Shown here in pieces: positions 1-9,563 of a stretch of DNA of 60,029 nucleotides. The position numbers and the translations under genes are program-made. A model generated the notes under the pieces. It did not search any database, had not been told where the DNA came from, and saw only the letters and a list, made by a program, of their open reading frames with translations. How positions within the stretch are numbered: the stretch's first letter is position 1; each line of letters starts with the position of its first letter. This stretch comes from a virus. The stretch is from the UHGV virus genome UHGV-0110462. One strand, given 5' to 3'.

Positions 1-240
1 CCTCTTTTTGTTTTTGGAAATTTCAGAACGACTTAGCAAGCCGATTTTTCAATATTGATTTAAGGGGGGCCCCCTCTGGTCAGCGTGTCGAACATTTGTT
101 CCGAACATATGAATCTATTGGATAAATCTATATTTGTTCGATAAAGATCACTGTTTTCCATGGATTCCTGTTTAAAATCACTGCAAAGTCAATGATTTAT
201 TTTAACCATATGATTTTCCGTTCTCAAATCTTAAAAAATA

Positions 241-924
241 TCAATCGTTTTCCTCGATCTGTGGCGGTAAATCCTGTCCCAGCTGTGGCAATTGGTCAGC
301 GGTCAGCGGTCTCACCTCCACTTTCTCACGGCTAACGCCTGGAAGGTTCCACATATGGTGCCTGTTCAGTGATGGTAGCACCTTCATAGGATTGATACGT
401 TTATCTTGTAACATTGACTCCAGTGATTGTTCGTTATCGTCCATGATTTTCTTGCGCAAATCGAAATATTTTTTACTTAGTCTATTACTATTACCACCAC
501 TATTACTAGGATTATATTTACTGTTATATCTACTGTCTCTATCCCAGTTATATAGTGTTTGTTTATCTATCCCAGACATATCAGAGAACCCTTTAATATT
601 TACAACTTGGCAGTGTCTATTACAGATTCTCTTGTAAATTTCATAGGCATTCATGACTTTCTCATCGTCATATGTCCCGCCAATGCTGCCATTAATCCAG
701 AGCAGATTCCCGTTCTTCTCGAACAGTGTTATTCTGATCTCCTCGATTATGTCATTCCAGATTTGTGGTGGAATGTCTGATTCGTCAAGATCATCTCTCA
801 TGCAGTAATCAGCGATCACGTCATCGACTAAGGCTCTGAGGTTGACAGGATCGACTTCAACACTTTCAACACTGTTCACTGTCTCGACTTCTACTCTCTC
901 TGTTTTCTGTGCTCTCTTAGCCAT
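241..924 (-). CDS. hypothetical protein (acidic, unknown function); start refined to Met18 of the 241..975 ORF
   Basis: GGAGG 7 nt upstream of the ATG at 924 (minus strand). The longer 241..975 frame runs into the leader terminator. No recognisable motif. Confidence 0.5.
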   Translation of the reverse strand: MAKRAQKTERVEVETVNSVESVEVDPVNLRALVDDVIADYCMRDDLDESDIPPQIWNDIIEEIRITLFEKNGNLLWINGSIGGTYDDEKVMNAYEIYKRICNRHCQVVNIKGFSDMSGIDKQTLYNWDRDSRYNSKYNPSNSGGNSNRLSKKYFDLRKKIMDDNEQSLESMLQDKRINPMKVLPSLNRHHMWNLPGVSREKVEVRPLTADQLPQLGQDLPPQIEEND

Positions 925-956
925 TGTTTTCACCTCCATACTGTCAAATAATCTAT

Positions 957-1122
957 AAACAAAAAGCCTAGACACACCGAGATATTGAACAGCTCATTGT
1001 CTGTTATTTTCTCGATATGCCTAGGCTGACGATTCCTAGCTCTTTTCGATCCAGCTCCCATTCGGCTTTCACGGATTTCTTGTCGCTGATGCTATTATAA
1101 CACAGCGACAATCTGTTTGCAA
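957..1122 (-). promoter_or_regulatory. promoter + conserved 5' leader + intrinsic terminator (copy A of duplicated leader element)
   Basis: Minus strand: -35 TTGCAA (1117-1122), 17-nt spacer, TGn-extended -10 TATAAT (1094-1099). IR TGTCGCTG-N14-CAGCGACA brackets the -10. Conserved leader has a CTAGG/CCTAG stem (1021-1039) around loop AATCGTCAG. A long GU-containing hairpin plus U-tract (957-1026) lies just before the RBS of the 241..924 gene. Confidence 0.6.
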
Positions 1123-1758
1123 TAGTCTCGAGTAAATTAATTTTAATTTTTTATCAAGGCGTGTGCGTCCGTGTATGTGCATGCTCGGCTGTGCGCTTCG
1201 TGTCCGTGTTTTGATAATCAGGACAGACAATGCACTGTTCTGTTGGCTGTGGTTGTCTCTTCCTGGTGTTGTTCATTTCTTGTCTGATCGATTTATTTTT
1301 ACATCGATTTTGGGGAGGTACACAGTCGGTGTTTTCTCAAAACCCGACCTTTTTAAAACTATAGACTGAACGTAGTGAAGGATATAGTTTTGAAAAGTAA
1401 TATATATAATATTATAAATTATTTAGTAAGTCGATTATTAGGGCTGTATCCATTCTGTATCCAATCTGTATACAAATAGCATGATAGTTTGCACAGCGTA
1501 ACATTTGTGAAATCCCTGTTCGCCCTTGTGTTTACTGGCTTAATTGGCATTTGTTAAATATTTATCGTAACAATTTGTTAACAGTTTTGTAACCCTACTT
1601 GCCATATTAGTTTGAACTAACAAGTATTTCAAAAAAAATAGAGCATGAATGACCATTTCTTGCTCTTTTTGCTGTGATGTGTTATGATTTTTTTACTGGA
1701 GAGCGGTGGCAAGTTCCGCCCTCTCTTGTGTGTCTAAGTCGCTTTGTGCGTCTCTTTT

Positions 1759-2079
1759 TTAGTCGTTTTCCTTTGTCCTTGCTACTGTATCCAGAAGCTT
1801 GAGGATCTCTTCTTTTGTGTACGTTTCCTTTGTATCTGCATCAATCAGCAGTCGAATTTCATAGATCATCGCTGCTCTTGCGTCTTTTCTCTCTTTCTCG
1901 TTCATAACGTCCATGTTTTCTCCTTTCTCCGCTTGCCACGGCAACTCGTAAGTATCTCTTACAAGTATTATTGTATCACTTTGTAAAGTTATGTCAATGC
2001 TTTTAAAATAATTCTTGTTTTTTCTTTTCTTCGTCTTTTGTTTCTTCATATATAAGGATGTCTTTTGGCTGTAAATCAA
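1759..2079 (-). CDS. hypothetical protein
   Basis: ORF only; overlaps the 5' end of the XRE ORF in another frame, so the start is uncertain. Confidence 0.35.
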   Translation of the reverse strand: MIYSQKTSLYMKKQKTKKRKNKNYFKSIDITLQSDTIILVRDTYELPWQAEKGENMDVMNEKERKDARAAMIYEIRLLIDADTKETYTKEEILKLLDTVARTKEND

Positions 2080-2242
2080 GAATCATACAGATAGAATTTA
2101 ACGCCCCAAGTGTGATATTTGTTTCTTCGTTCTTAATCTTTCTTAACGTGTCTTGGCTTAATAATCCTGTCTTTTTTGCTTTGTATGTCGTGAATCCAGC
2201 TCTTTCCAGTGCATCCCCAACATTGAATTTGTATTTAAGCAT
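2003..2242 (-). CDS. XRE-family helix-turn-helix transcriptional regulator (Cro/CI-like)
   Basis: Typical HTH_XRE signature: LSQDTLRKIKNEETNITLGALNSICMILDLQP. Divergent from a + strand operon, with TTGACA-17-TATATT in the 2243-2477 intergenic region. Confidence 0.7.
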   Translation of the reverse strand: MLKYKFNVGDALERAGFTTYKAKKTGLLSQDTLRKIKNEETNITLGALNSICMILDLQPKDILIYEETKDEEKKKQELF

Positions 2243-2477
2243 TTGCTTTCCCTCCTTTTATATTAATAAGGATAATACAACACTCTTTACAAGTCAATAA
2301 AATATTATCAAAAAAAGTTATAAATGTGTTGACAGTAACTTTATAAAGTGATATATTATAACCATAGCAAAGAACAAAACAAAAAAGCCGACCGGAGCAG
2401 CTACCAACTAAACCCGATCGGCACCAATCAAAAAAAGAAAGGTAGCTTCATTATAACAGAAGCAAAGGTATTTTACA

Positions 2478-2870
2478 ATGAGTAAAGCAAGAATTGAGAA
2501 TGGAAAAATCTACAAAAGCAGAATGCCATTTTGTGAGGGAACAGACGTTTTTGAAATTGTCGAAAAGATTCCAGCAAATTATTTTGTTTGGAACATCGGC
2601 GAGAACATGGGGGCAGATGAATATATCCCACTTGCTGAAGATCTTCATCCGGAAGATAAAGACAACTATGAAATCAATCGATACACGCTCAAAGCCCTCA
2701 AATTAAGCGTTGAAGAGGTAAAACTGCTGAGACATGCCGCAAATTTTGGTATCGATAGCAAAGCAACAGCTGAGAAAGCTCTGAGAAGTAAACGCCGTGG
2801 ATATATGAGCGACAGAAAAAGAGCAGAAGCAGAAAAAACTATTGATATTTTCAAAAGTATTTCAGAGTAA
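2478..2870 (+). CDS. hypothetical protein
   Basis: First gene of the + strand operon divergent from the XRE regulator. Confidence 0.45.
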   Translation: MSKARIENGKIYKSRMPFCEGTDVFEIVEKIPANYFVWNIGENMGADEYIPLAEDLHPEDKDNYEINRYTLKALKLSVEEVKLLRHAANFGIDSKATAEKALRSKRRGYMSDRKRAEAEKTIDIFKSISE

Positions 2871-3113
2871 AGAGGTGTATATATATGATGTATTGGAAAG
2901 TAATAGTAACATGCCAAGCGAGCAAATACGAAGAGCCATTTGACAGAGAAATAGCGCAATTTATAAATTACGTCAATGCAGAGGATTTTATAAATTTAGT
3001 AATCCCAAAGGAAACAAGAAAACATTTTAGAATTGAGAAAATAGAACGCAAATAGACAGACTACACCGGGGAGCAATCCCCGGAAGTCTTGAGCAGATCA
3101 GGAGGACAATAGC

Positions 3114-3317
3114 ATGATTAGTATTGATATGTGGTACAAGAACAACCCAAAAGAAATAACCGGAATAGATTGGAGCTTTAGCGATTTAGATTGCGTTTAT
3201 CATGGCAATGTTTACAAGGACGGGAAAACAATCGGAGACTTTACAGCGGACACAATGCAGGAAGTACAAGAAGCGTTCCCACATTTAGCAGAAGCAATCG
3301 ACAAGGCATTAAACTAG
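3114..3317 (+). CDS. hypothetical small protein
   Basis: AGGAGG-like RBS (caggaggacaatagcATG); immediately precedes the FtsK-like gene. Confidence 0.45.
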   Translation: MISIDMWYKNNPKEITGIDWSFSDLDCVYHGNVYKDGKTIGDFTADTMQEVQEAFPHLAEAIDKALN

Positions 3318-3338
3318 AAAAACGGAGGACTTGAGAAA

Positions 3339-4100
3339 ATGAAAGCACAAAGAAATTGGATCACACCGGAGGGAAAGTATTTTATCGATTATGAGAACAT
3401 GATGGAGCAGCCACACTTGTTAGTGGCTGGAGCTACCGGATCAGGAAAATCGGTAGTAATTAATGGAATTATCACGACTGCACTGTTCGAAGCACCGTCG
3501 CAAGTACAGTTCATTCTTATCGACCCGAAAAGGGTGGAACTCGTAGACTATAGATATCTTCCGCATACGGTGTTCTATGCATCCGAACCGGCTGAGATGG
3601 TCAGAGGATTGCAGATGGCTATGAATACAATTGAAATGAGATATACACAGATGCAGAGAGCACACGAGAAGAAATACCAGGGAGCGCAGTTGTATGTGAT
3701 TATTGACGAATTAGCGGACTTAATGACAACGAATAAAAAACAAGTCATGCCACTGATTCAACGTATCGCACAAGTAGGACGTGCCGCCGGTGTTCATCTG
3801 ATCTGCGCGACTCAATGTCCGCTCGCAAAGGTAATTCCAACAGAAATCAAGGTCAACTTTGATGCCCGTGTGGGACTGCGTACAAGGTCAGCGCAGGACA
3901 GCAGAAATATACTAGGCTTTAACGGTTGCGAGGATTTACCGCGATACGGACAGGCATATTATATGAATCCTGATAGCGGAGTCAAAAAAATAGTTGTTCC
4001 GATGTATGACAAGTGCGAAACATGGCGTTTGATTAATCACTGGATGCAGCAGCGCCCACCGAAAAAGAAAGGATTCTTCGAAAGATTGTTTGGAATGTAA
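3339..4100 (+). CDS. FtsK/SpoIIIE-family DNA translocase ATPase domain protein
   Basis: Walker A VAGATGSGKSV and Walker B LYVIIDELAD. Family-typical sequence IDPKRVEL...LICATQCP. Confidence 0.8.
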   Translation: MKAQRNWITPEGKYFIDYENMMEQPHLLVAGATGSGKSVVINGIITTALFEAPSQVQFILIDPKRVELVDYRYLPHTVFYASEPAEMVRGLQMAMNTIEMRYTQMQRAHEKKYQGAQLYVIIDELADLMTTNKKQVMPLIQRIAQVGRAAGVHLICATQCPLAKVIPTEIKVNFDARVGLRTRSAQDSRNILGFNGCEDLPRYGQAYYMNPDSGVKKIVVPMYDKCETWRLINHWMQQRPPKKKGFFERLFGM

Positions 4101-4140
4101 AGAGAACCGGGAGAAATTCCCGGCTCTTTTTGTTTGCTTA
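4101..4140 (+). terminator. rho-independent terminator
   Basis: GAGAACCGGGAGAAATTCCCGGCTCTTTTTGTTTG: GC hairpin followed by T-tract, directly after the FtsK-like stop. Confidence 0.7.
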
Positions 4141-4252
4141 TTTTTGTATGACGCTCTATTTTGCTTTTTAAGACTGCTTTTATCGTTAGGCAAAGAAGTA
4201 TAGCTCAAGCTAATTAAAATCGATTCTAGGCGCATTCTGCGAAGTCACAGAA

Positions 4253-5014
4253 TCAAACTCCGAATTCTTTGTTGTTCTTTTTCTTCCACTCTTCCCGTTC
4301 TGCTTCTTTCTTCTTCTCTTCCTCGGTCATTTCAGAGCCGTTTCGCATTCTTTTGAAATGGTTCACGATGTCTGCTTTGTTTGACTCTTGTATATTCTTC
4401 CAGTAATTTTGACGGCGTTCTTCCTCCGCGGAAATCTTAGCAGCGTCTTCTGCTCTCTTCTTTGCAAGTTCTTCGTTTAATTCCTCAAGAGATTGAATTC
4501 CCTTTTCTTGTGGTTTGTTTTCCTGTTCCGGTTCTTCCAGCAGTTCCGGGTGGTCAACGTACTCTTTTACTTTTGCCAGCACTTCCCCGCCACAAGTGAG
4601 AAGAATTTCTCCTTGAATTACTGAATCAGTCAAGATTGATTCCCCATACTTTCTGACATAGTATTTCGCCTTGACGTCATTTACTTCTTTCATTTCCTGT
4701 TCATATACTGGATCAGGTTTTGACTCCGTGTAGCCCTCTTCCCATGGCATCACTTCAACTGCTGCCATCTGGTCGACCGCTTTCGTCTCTTTTTCGATCT
4801 GCGGAACGCTCTCTGTAGGCTCTAAAATCGGGGCTGTTGGCGTTTCAAGTGATTTAAGCATAGTTTCTACTGCTTCAACGATAAAAGCGTTTATGGTGTA
4901 GTCTAGGCTCTGTATTCGCTCTTTCGTTCCTTTCGGTAATCTAGCTTGCACAATATCAAACTTTGAGTTGTAACGGTTTTGTGCGTCTTTCTGGTATTTT
5001 TTCAATGGAATCAC
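4253..5014 (-). CDS. ribbon-helix-helix (RHH) N-terminal DNA-binding protein with long acidic/coiled-coil C-terminus
   Basis: N-terminus FDIVQARLPKGTKERIQSLDYTINAFIVEAVETM fits the beta-strand/helix/helix pattern of CopG/ParG/omega RHH proteins. Sits next to the iteron array. Confidence 0.45.
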   Translation of the reverse strand: MIPLKKYQKDAQNRYNSKFDIVQARLPKGTKERIQSLDYTINAFIVEAVETMLKSLETPTAPILEPTESVPQIEKETKAVDQMAAVEVMPWEEGYTESKPDPVYEQEMKEVNDVKAKYYVRKYGESILTDSVIQGEILLTCGGEVLAKVKEYVDHPELLEEPEQENKPQEKGIQSLEELNEELAKKRAEDAAKISAEEERRQNYWKNIQESNKADIVNHFKRMRNGSEMTEEEKKKEAEREEWKKKNNKEFGV

Positions 5015-5024
5015 TCCTTTTTAA

Positions 5025-5215
5025 ACGATATCTTTTATATATATAAATGATATATATCTTGCATATATAATAACATATATAAAAGCTATATATCAAGCTA
5101 TATATAAAAGGTATATATAAACACTATATATAAATACTATATATCTATCATATATATCTTTGCTATATATCATTACTATATATCTTTTATATATATCTTG
5201 CATATATAGTTTGCA
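5025..5215. repeat. array of about 14 tandem imperfect direct repeats (core CTATATAT, about 13-bp period); iteron-like
   Basis: Seen directly: ...gctatatatcaagctatatataaaaggtatatataaacactatatataaatactatatatctatcatatatatctttgctatatatcattactatatatc... Confidence 0.7.
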
Positions 5216-5338
5216 TCTAATTGTATTTATATAATGGTATTTAGATTTTTTCTCAAAAATTTCAAATTTCTTCCCTAAAACCGCGAACTTTACTCCGTTC
5301 TGAAAAAATGTTATGATAAAAAGAAAAGGAGTATTGGC

Positions 5339-5508
5339 ATGTACGAGGACATTTTAGAGTACCTGGACAAACGTCTCAAGGAAAATACTCGCGATATCGG
5401 ATCCGCGATCACTTCCAGGGATGTTGATGATATCCACAGATATGAGGGCAGAGAGCAGATGATTCTTGAAATCAAGCGGTTTATAAGGAAAAAGCAAGGG
5501 GAGAAATG
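5339..5508 (+). CDS. small hypothetical protein (56 aa)
   Basis: AAAGGAG RBS 7 nt upstream of the ATG. Followed by a hairpin terminator GGGGAGAAATGATCTCCCC. Below the 60-aa cutoff of the ORF track. Confidence 0.35.
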
Positions 5509-5523
5509 ATCTCCCCTCTTTGA

Positions 5524-5775
5524 TTATTTGCAGAAATTATTCAGCAATTCTTCTTTTAACTCCATCTTCCCGGCTCTAAAACCGAGCTTGAAAGCGTAGA
5601 TCAGTGCTTTTGTCTTCCCCATCTCCACTTTGTCGGCAATCGTAACCAATGGCAGCAGGTCTTCCGCAAAGTAATCTGTAACCACACTGTCGCTGATCGG
5701 GCGAATTTTCTCTTCGATATTATTCAGCGTGCTTCTCATATCGCTGACTTTTACTTTAAGCTTCCTTACTACCAT
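5524..5775 (-). CDS. hypothetical protein
   Basis: ORF translationally coupled downstream of the ORF6N gene. Confidence 0.4.
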   Translation of the reverse strand: MVVRKLKVKVSDMRSTLNNIEEKIRPISDSVVTDYFAEDLLPLVTIADKVEMGKTKALIYAFKLGFRAGKMELKEELLNNFCK

Positions 5776-6499
5776 TCTTTTTCTCCTCTCTATGTTCTAC
5801 CTTTAATTCGTAAAGGCCGTCAATCACGGTTTTTGCACGTTCAGCCATGTCAGGGAAGAAGTCAAATAAATCTAATTTGCTTTCAAGTCTCTTTCCTGTC
5901 CCCATAATATATCTGATTTCTGCTTCCTCAAGGTCGAATTTTTCTTCAATGTAAGGAAATATAAGCTCAAACAAAAATTTTTCTTCGACACCGTAGCTGC
6001 TACAAATAGCTGCTATTTTATATCTGTTTTTTCTGTAGAACGTCACTGGTTTAGGTGCCGGGATGCTAGATACTTTCATCCTCTGCGGAACTTCTGCAAT
6101 GTGGTTATTAGCCACATTGGAATCTTTTCTAGCTCTAAAATAAGTATTCACAAGTCTTCTCTGAACGCTCCACGACAATTCGTCTTTGAACGTCTTGACA
6201 GCCATCAGATATCCGCTCTCTGTCAACAAAACAACATCAAGATTAGGGTTGCCAGCACTCTTATCTGAATTCGGTACGTAATACGTACTGAACTCTGACA
6301 TCGTAACTGTAAAGTAATCTTCGCCCTTAATAAAATGTTCCTTATGACTGTTGAAGTTTCTCTTAGCTGTGCCAGACGGTCTCTGGTGAACTTCATCAAT
6401 GTCCTTGAAAGTAACTACTCTCTGTCCTTTGTATTCTCTGATCGGTAATACTATTTCACTTACTGCTAAATTCTCTTTTGCCATCTTCTTATCCTCCAT
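5756..6499 (-). CDS. ORF6N-domain phage antirepressor-like protein
   Basis: ORF6N-like N-terminus: GQRVVTFKDIDEVHQRPSGTAKRNFNSHKEHFIKGEDYF. Confidence 0.65.
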   Translation of the reverse strand: MEDKKMAKENLAVSEIVLPIREYKGQRVVTFKDIDEVHQRPSGTAKRNFNSHKEHFIKGEDYFTVTMSEFSTYYVPNSDKSAGNPNLDVVLLTESGYLMAVKTFKDELSWSVQRRLVNTYFRARKDSNVANNHIAEVPQRMKVSSIPAPKPVTFYRKNRYKIAAICSSYGVEEKFLFELIFPYIEEKFDLEEAEIRYIMGTGKRLESKLDLFDFFPDMAERAKTVIDGLYELKVEHREEKKNGSKEA

Positions 6500-6657
6500 A
6501 TCAAATTACACTGCTGCCTTTGCTCTTCCTATTCCATCAATCCTTTTGTGAAAATATAAATGGCTCTCAAGAATTTTGCGTTATCCATTTTATTCACCAT
6601 CTGTGCAATTCTTCGTCTGTACCATCTATTTTCTTCGCATCTATCAACGTCTTTCAC

Positions 6658-6849
6658 TTATTTTTCCCCCTTAGACATCATTATAAAATCATACTTTGCT
6701 GCGTACATTTTACAATATTCTGCAAGTTCGGCAAGACTGGTATAGCAGACAAGATTGTCCGCAATGTAATGGAGAATTGCTCTGTTGTCCTCTGGCTTCA
6801 TGATATTCACTTCTAAGTTAATTTCCTGCATAATAAAAACTCCTTTCAA
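6658..6849 (-). CDS. hypothetical small protein
   Basis: ORF only. Confidence 0.3.
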   Translation of the reverse strand: MKGVFIMQEINLEVNIMKPEDNRAILHYIADNLVCYTSLAELAEYCKMYAAKYDFIMMSKGEK

Positions 6850-6957
6850 TTAAAAAAATTGTTCTTGAAAGAAGTCCCCGTCTGCATTATAATATTTGCA
6901 GAAGGAAACTTCTAACTTGGTATGGAACATTGCATTGATTGGTAGTCGGGCAATGTT

Positions 6958-7155
6958 CTATTTTTTTGATGATTCTAAGGCTTTTTGGTAAACATTGTTT
7001 ATGCCCTCTCTTATCACTTCCGATTTTGAAAGATTGAGAGTTTCACAACAATATTCAAGCTTTATGCTGTCAAGAAGAGAAATTCTTATTTCCATTCTTT
7101 TTGTTTTTGGATCATCAGTTGGTCTTCCAGTTCTAGGACTCATATTTCTCACCAC
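6958..7155 (-). CDS. ribbon-helix-helix (CopG-like) DNA-binding protein
   Basis: KRMEIRISLLDSIKLEYCCETLNLSKSEVIREGI fits the RHH strand-helix-helix pattern. Confidence 0.45.
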   Translation of the reverse strand: MVRNMSPRTGRPTDDPKTKRMEIRISLLDSIKLEYCCETLNLSKSEVIREGINNVYQKALESSKK

Positions 7156-7249
7156 CTTTTATGTCCGTACATAAATAATAACTTATGTCCGTACAAATGT
7201 CAAGTATTAATTTCAAAATAATAGGGAAGCATCTGCTCCCCCATTAAAT

Positions 7250-7747
7250 TTACTTTGTTCTTTTTAATAGATAATTCCTATCCCAAACTAACACTCCAAG
7301 AATGTTAGCATATTTTACAGCTTCCCCTGAAAAGTATCCATTTGTTATTATTCCGGCATAATCAGCTTTGCAACGAATCTTTTTTGAATAAACATTGCGA
7401 ATATCTTCTTTGCTTATAAGCTTATTCGCTGGAATCTGCTTACAGTTTGCAACATATGAGTAACCTCTAGAAACAATACTTAGGTCTGTATTGTCTATCG
7501 ATTTCATGTTAAAATTGCGGAACCCTCCTGTCAAAAATACATCTGAACAAAATTTTTTAAATTCATTATAGCTAATAGAATCAAAATCTTTCATCTTTTT
7601 TACTCTAAAAACCGCGAAGATTTTTTTTAAAATAAAGTAACAGATGTAAATTACGATTGTAATTTTATAAATATCTGTAAGAGTTTCCCAAAAGCAACCA
7701 CTTATAGCGGAAATAAATAATATTACCCAAATCAATGCTATCACCAC
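7250..7747 (-). CDS. membrane-anchored restriction-endonuclease-fold (Mrr_cat-like, diverged) protein
   Basis: N-terminal TM helix. C-terminus ...YVANCKQ...AGIITNGYFSGEAVKYANILGVLVWD parallels Mrr_cat but is degenerate. Paralog of the upstream gene. Confidence 0.5.
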   Translation of the reverse strand: MVIALIWVILFISAISGCFWETLTDIYKITIVIYICYFILKKIFAVFRVKKMKDFDSISYNEFKKFCSDVFLTGGFRNFNMKSIDNTDLSIVSRGYSYVANCKQIPANKLISKEDIRNVYSKKIRCKADYAGIITNGYFSGEAVKYANILGVLVWDRNYLLKRTK

Positions 7748-7748
7748 C

Positions 7749-8405
7749 CTACAAAGTATTTTCTTCTATTAAACTTATTTCTTTAATAATTTTGAATACA
7801 TCATCCCTGTCAAATAAGATTATACCTGTCTTACTAGCAAGTTCTATAGCCGAATTTGTAAAATATCGATTTGTTATGACAGCTCCGTAATCGCAGTTGT
7901 AAAATTGCTTACCAGCAATAACTTCTTGAACAGCCCTATTTCCAACATTTCCAGAGAATCTTTTGCACTGAAAAGCATATTTGCATTTATTTTTATAAGC
8001 GATTACATCAACTCCCTGATCTCCACTACCTTTTGTAACTTCTACATTATAATATCCCATTTGTACTAATAAATGTCCGCAAAAATGCTCAAATTCATGA
8101 CCGTCCATTAAATCAATATTAGCTTGTGCTATTCTGATTCTTTTATTTTTAGCATTTTGTTTTTTATAATATTCGTTCCATGAATGGAATGGATAATACC
8201 ACCATGCAACAAATATTACAAAATATAATAATAGCCACCATCCTATAAGGAACCACCAAACAGCACTTCTTTTTCTAAATAATGCAAAAATTTTTTCTTG
8301 CTTATTTTCTTTTATTGGGTTATCAAGAGTTAATAACAATTCTCCACAATTAACACAAAACTTATTCGCATTATCATTGAAAGTTCCGCATTTATTACAG
8401 TACAT
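7749..8405 (-). CDS. zinc-ribbon + TM + Mrr_cat restriction endonuclease-domain protein
   Basis: N-terminus CNKCGTFNDNANKFCVNCG (zinc ribbon), then a W-rich TM segment. Mrr_cat motifs: EFEHFCGHLL...GDQGVDVIA...FQCKR...VQEV...GAVITNRYFT. Confidence 0.65.
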   Translation of the reverse strand: MYCNKCGTFNDNANKFCVNCGELLLTLDNPIKENKQEKIFALFRKRSAVWWFLIGWWLLLYFVIFVAWWYYPFHSWNEYYKKQNAKNKRIRIAQANIDLMDGHEFEHFCGHLLVQMGYYNVEVTKGSGDQGVDVIAYKNKCKYAFQCKRFSGNVGNRAVQEVIAGKQFYNCDYGAVITNRYFTNSAIELASKTGIILFDRDDVFKIIKEISLIEENTL

Positions 8406-8590
8406 TATTTTTCTTCCTCTTCACCATCAATGCCAGCAATACCATAATCCCCATTATCCGGCACAACTCTGCTCTTTCTATATCTCATTTCCATCCCACC
8501 AAGAAACGGAGTCTCACTTCCGTACTTCTTAGCCATTTTCTTGTTATGCTTCTCAACCTTTTTTTTGCCTAAAAATTCTTTCAATCCCAT
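8405..8590 (-). CDS. hypothetical small protein
   Basis: ORF only. Confidence 0.3.
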   Translation of the reverse strand: MGLKEFLGKKKVEKHNKKMAKKYGSETPFLGGMEMRYRKSRVVPDNGDYGIAGIDGEEEEK

Positions 8591-8696
8591 TTTCTTTCCC
8601 TCCGTGATAAAACAACAATTTGTTACCCTCTTATCTTACATAAAACTGCCAGCAGATAATTTCTACTGGCAGGAAAAATTTATATTTTTTCAATTG

Positions 8697-9266
8697 TTAC
8701 TGTACGATTTCATCAAGGTCAAGGCTGTATCCCATAACCTCTCCTACATCTGTACACTTTCCTCTTACTGTAATAGTGTCACCAGTTGAAAGAGTCTTCA
8801 CAGCGTTAATGATATCTTCATCTCCATTTGTGTAGCACTGAACTCCAGTAAGTGCAAAGTCATCATCTTCAGGAAGAATACTAATGTATGATGAGTCGCT
8901 ATCTATATTTGAAAGTTTTCCTGTAATTTCAAGATACTTGTCTTTGTACTCATCAGAAGCTGCTGCTGCATTCTTGTCAAGAGCATCCACCATGTCACCT
9001 ATAGAAACCTGTGTATACTCAATTGTTTCTTCCTGTTTAGCATCTGTGGCAGATTTACTGTTTGAATCACTCTTTGCTGTGGAATCGTCTGATCCACCAC
9101 CGCCCATAGCAGCTCCGATAATTCCAATCACTACAATTGCAATGATAATCCATTTCAGCTTGCCACCCTGTTTCTTTCTACAATTCGGACAAACCTTTGC
9201 TTTCTTTGGTATTTCTGACTGACAATGCTTGCAAATTTTTGTTCCTGTGTTTTTTGAGTTTCCCAT
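8697..9266 (-). CDS. zinc-ribbon membrane protein with extracytoplasmic domain
   Basis: CKHCQSEIPKKAKVCPNCRKKQ zinc ribbon. TM IIAIVVIGIIGAAMG, then a Gly/Ser linker and a C-terminal domain. Confidence 0.5.
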   Translation of the reverse strand: MGNSKNTGTKICKHCQSEIPKKAKVCPNCRKKQGGKLKWIIIAIVVIGIIGAAMGGGGSDDSTAKSDSNSKSATDAKQEETIEYTQVSIGDMVDALDKNAAAASDEYKDKYLEITGKLSNIDSDSSYISILPEDDDFALTGVQCYTNGDEDIINAVKTLSTGDTITVRGKCTDVGEVMGYSLDLDEIVQ

Positions 9267-9563
9267 AATCCTTTTTTCCTTTCTTTCGATATACTGTAAT
9301 TGTATTACATTCTTTTTAAAAACTCAATAGTTTGCATGAAAAAGCACGGATCAACCGTGCAATTTCCGTTACCAAAATATTATTCTTATAGTGTGGATTA
9401 TGCAGCCATGTCAAACAAATCTAAAATAAACTTTCTTCCAATGCTATCGATGACCTCATTTGAAATGACCCCATCTTTTTAAGATACCCAGTTGTTTACT
9501 CCATCTTTCAATCATTTAACAATCAAAGCTACTGTGTTTTACCGTAGCCCTATTTAAATCAAT

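Noticed and set aside
1163-1369. 68-aa plus-strand ORF in the GT-rich region (cgtgtgcgtccgtgtatgtgc...)
   Set aside because: It lies in a long intergenic region with no RBS, has a Cys/Leu-rich low-complexity translation and is antisense to the local gene direction. Treated as non-coding; the GT-rich repeats may be regulatory.
5025-5215. Considered whether the AT-rich repeat array is a CRISPR array
   Set aside because: The repeat unit is only about 8 bp with a period of about 13 bp, there are no unique spacers of 25-40 bp, and no cas genes are nearby. This fits iterons, not CRISPR.
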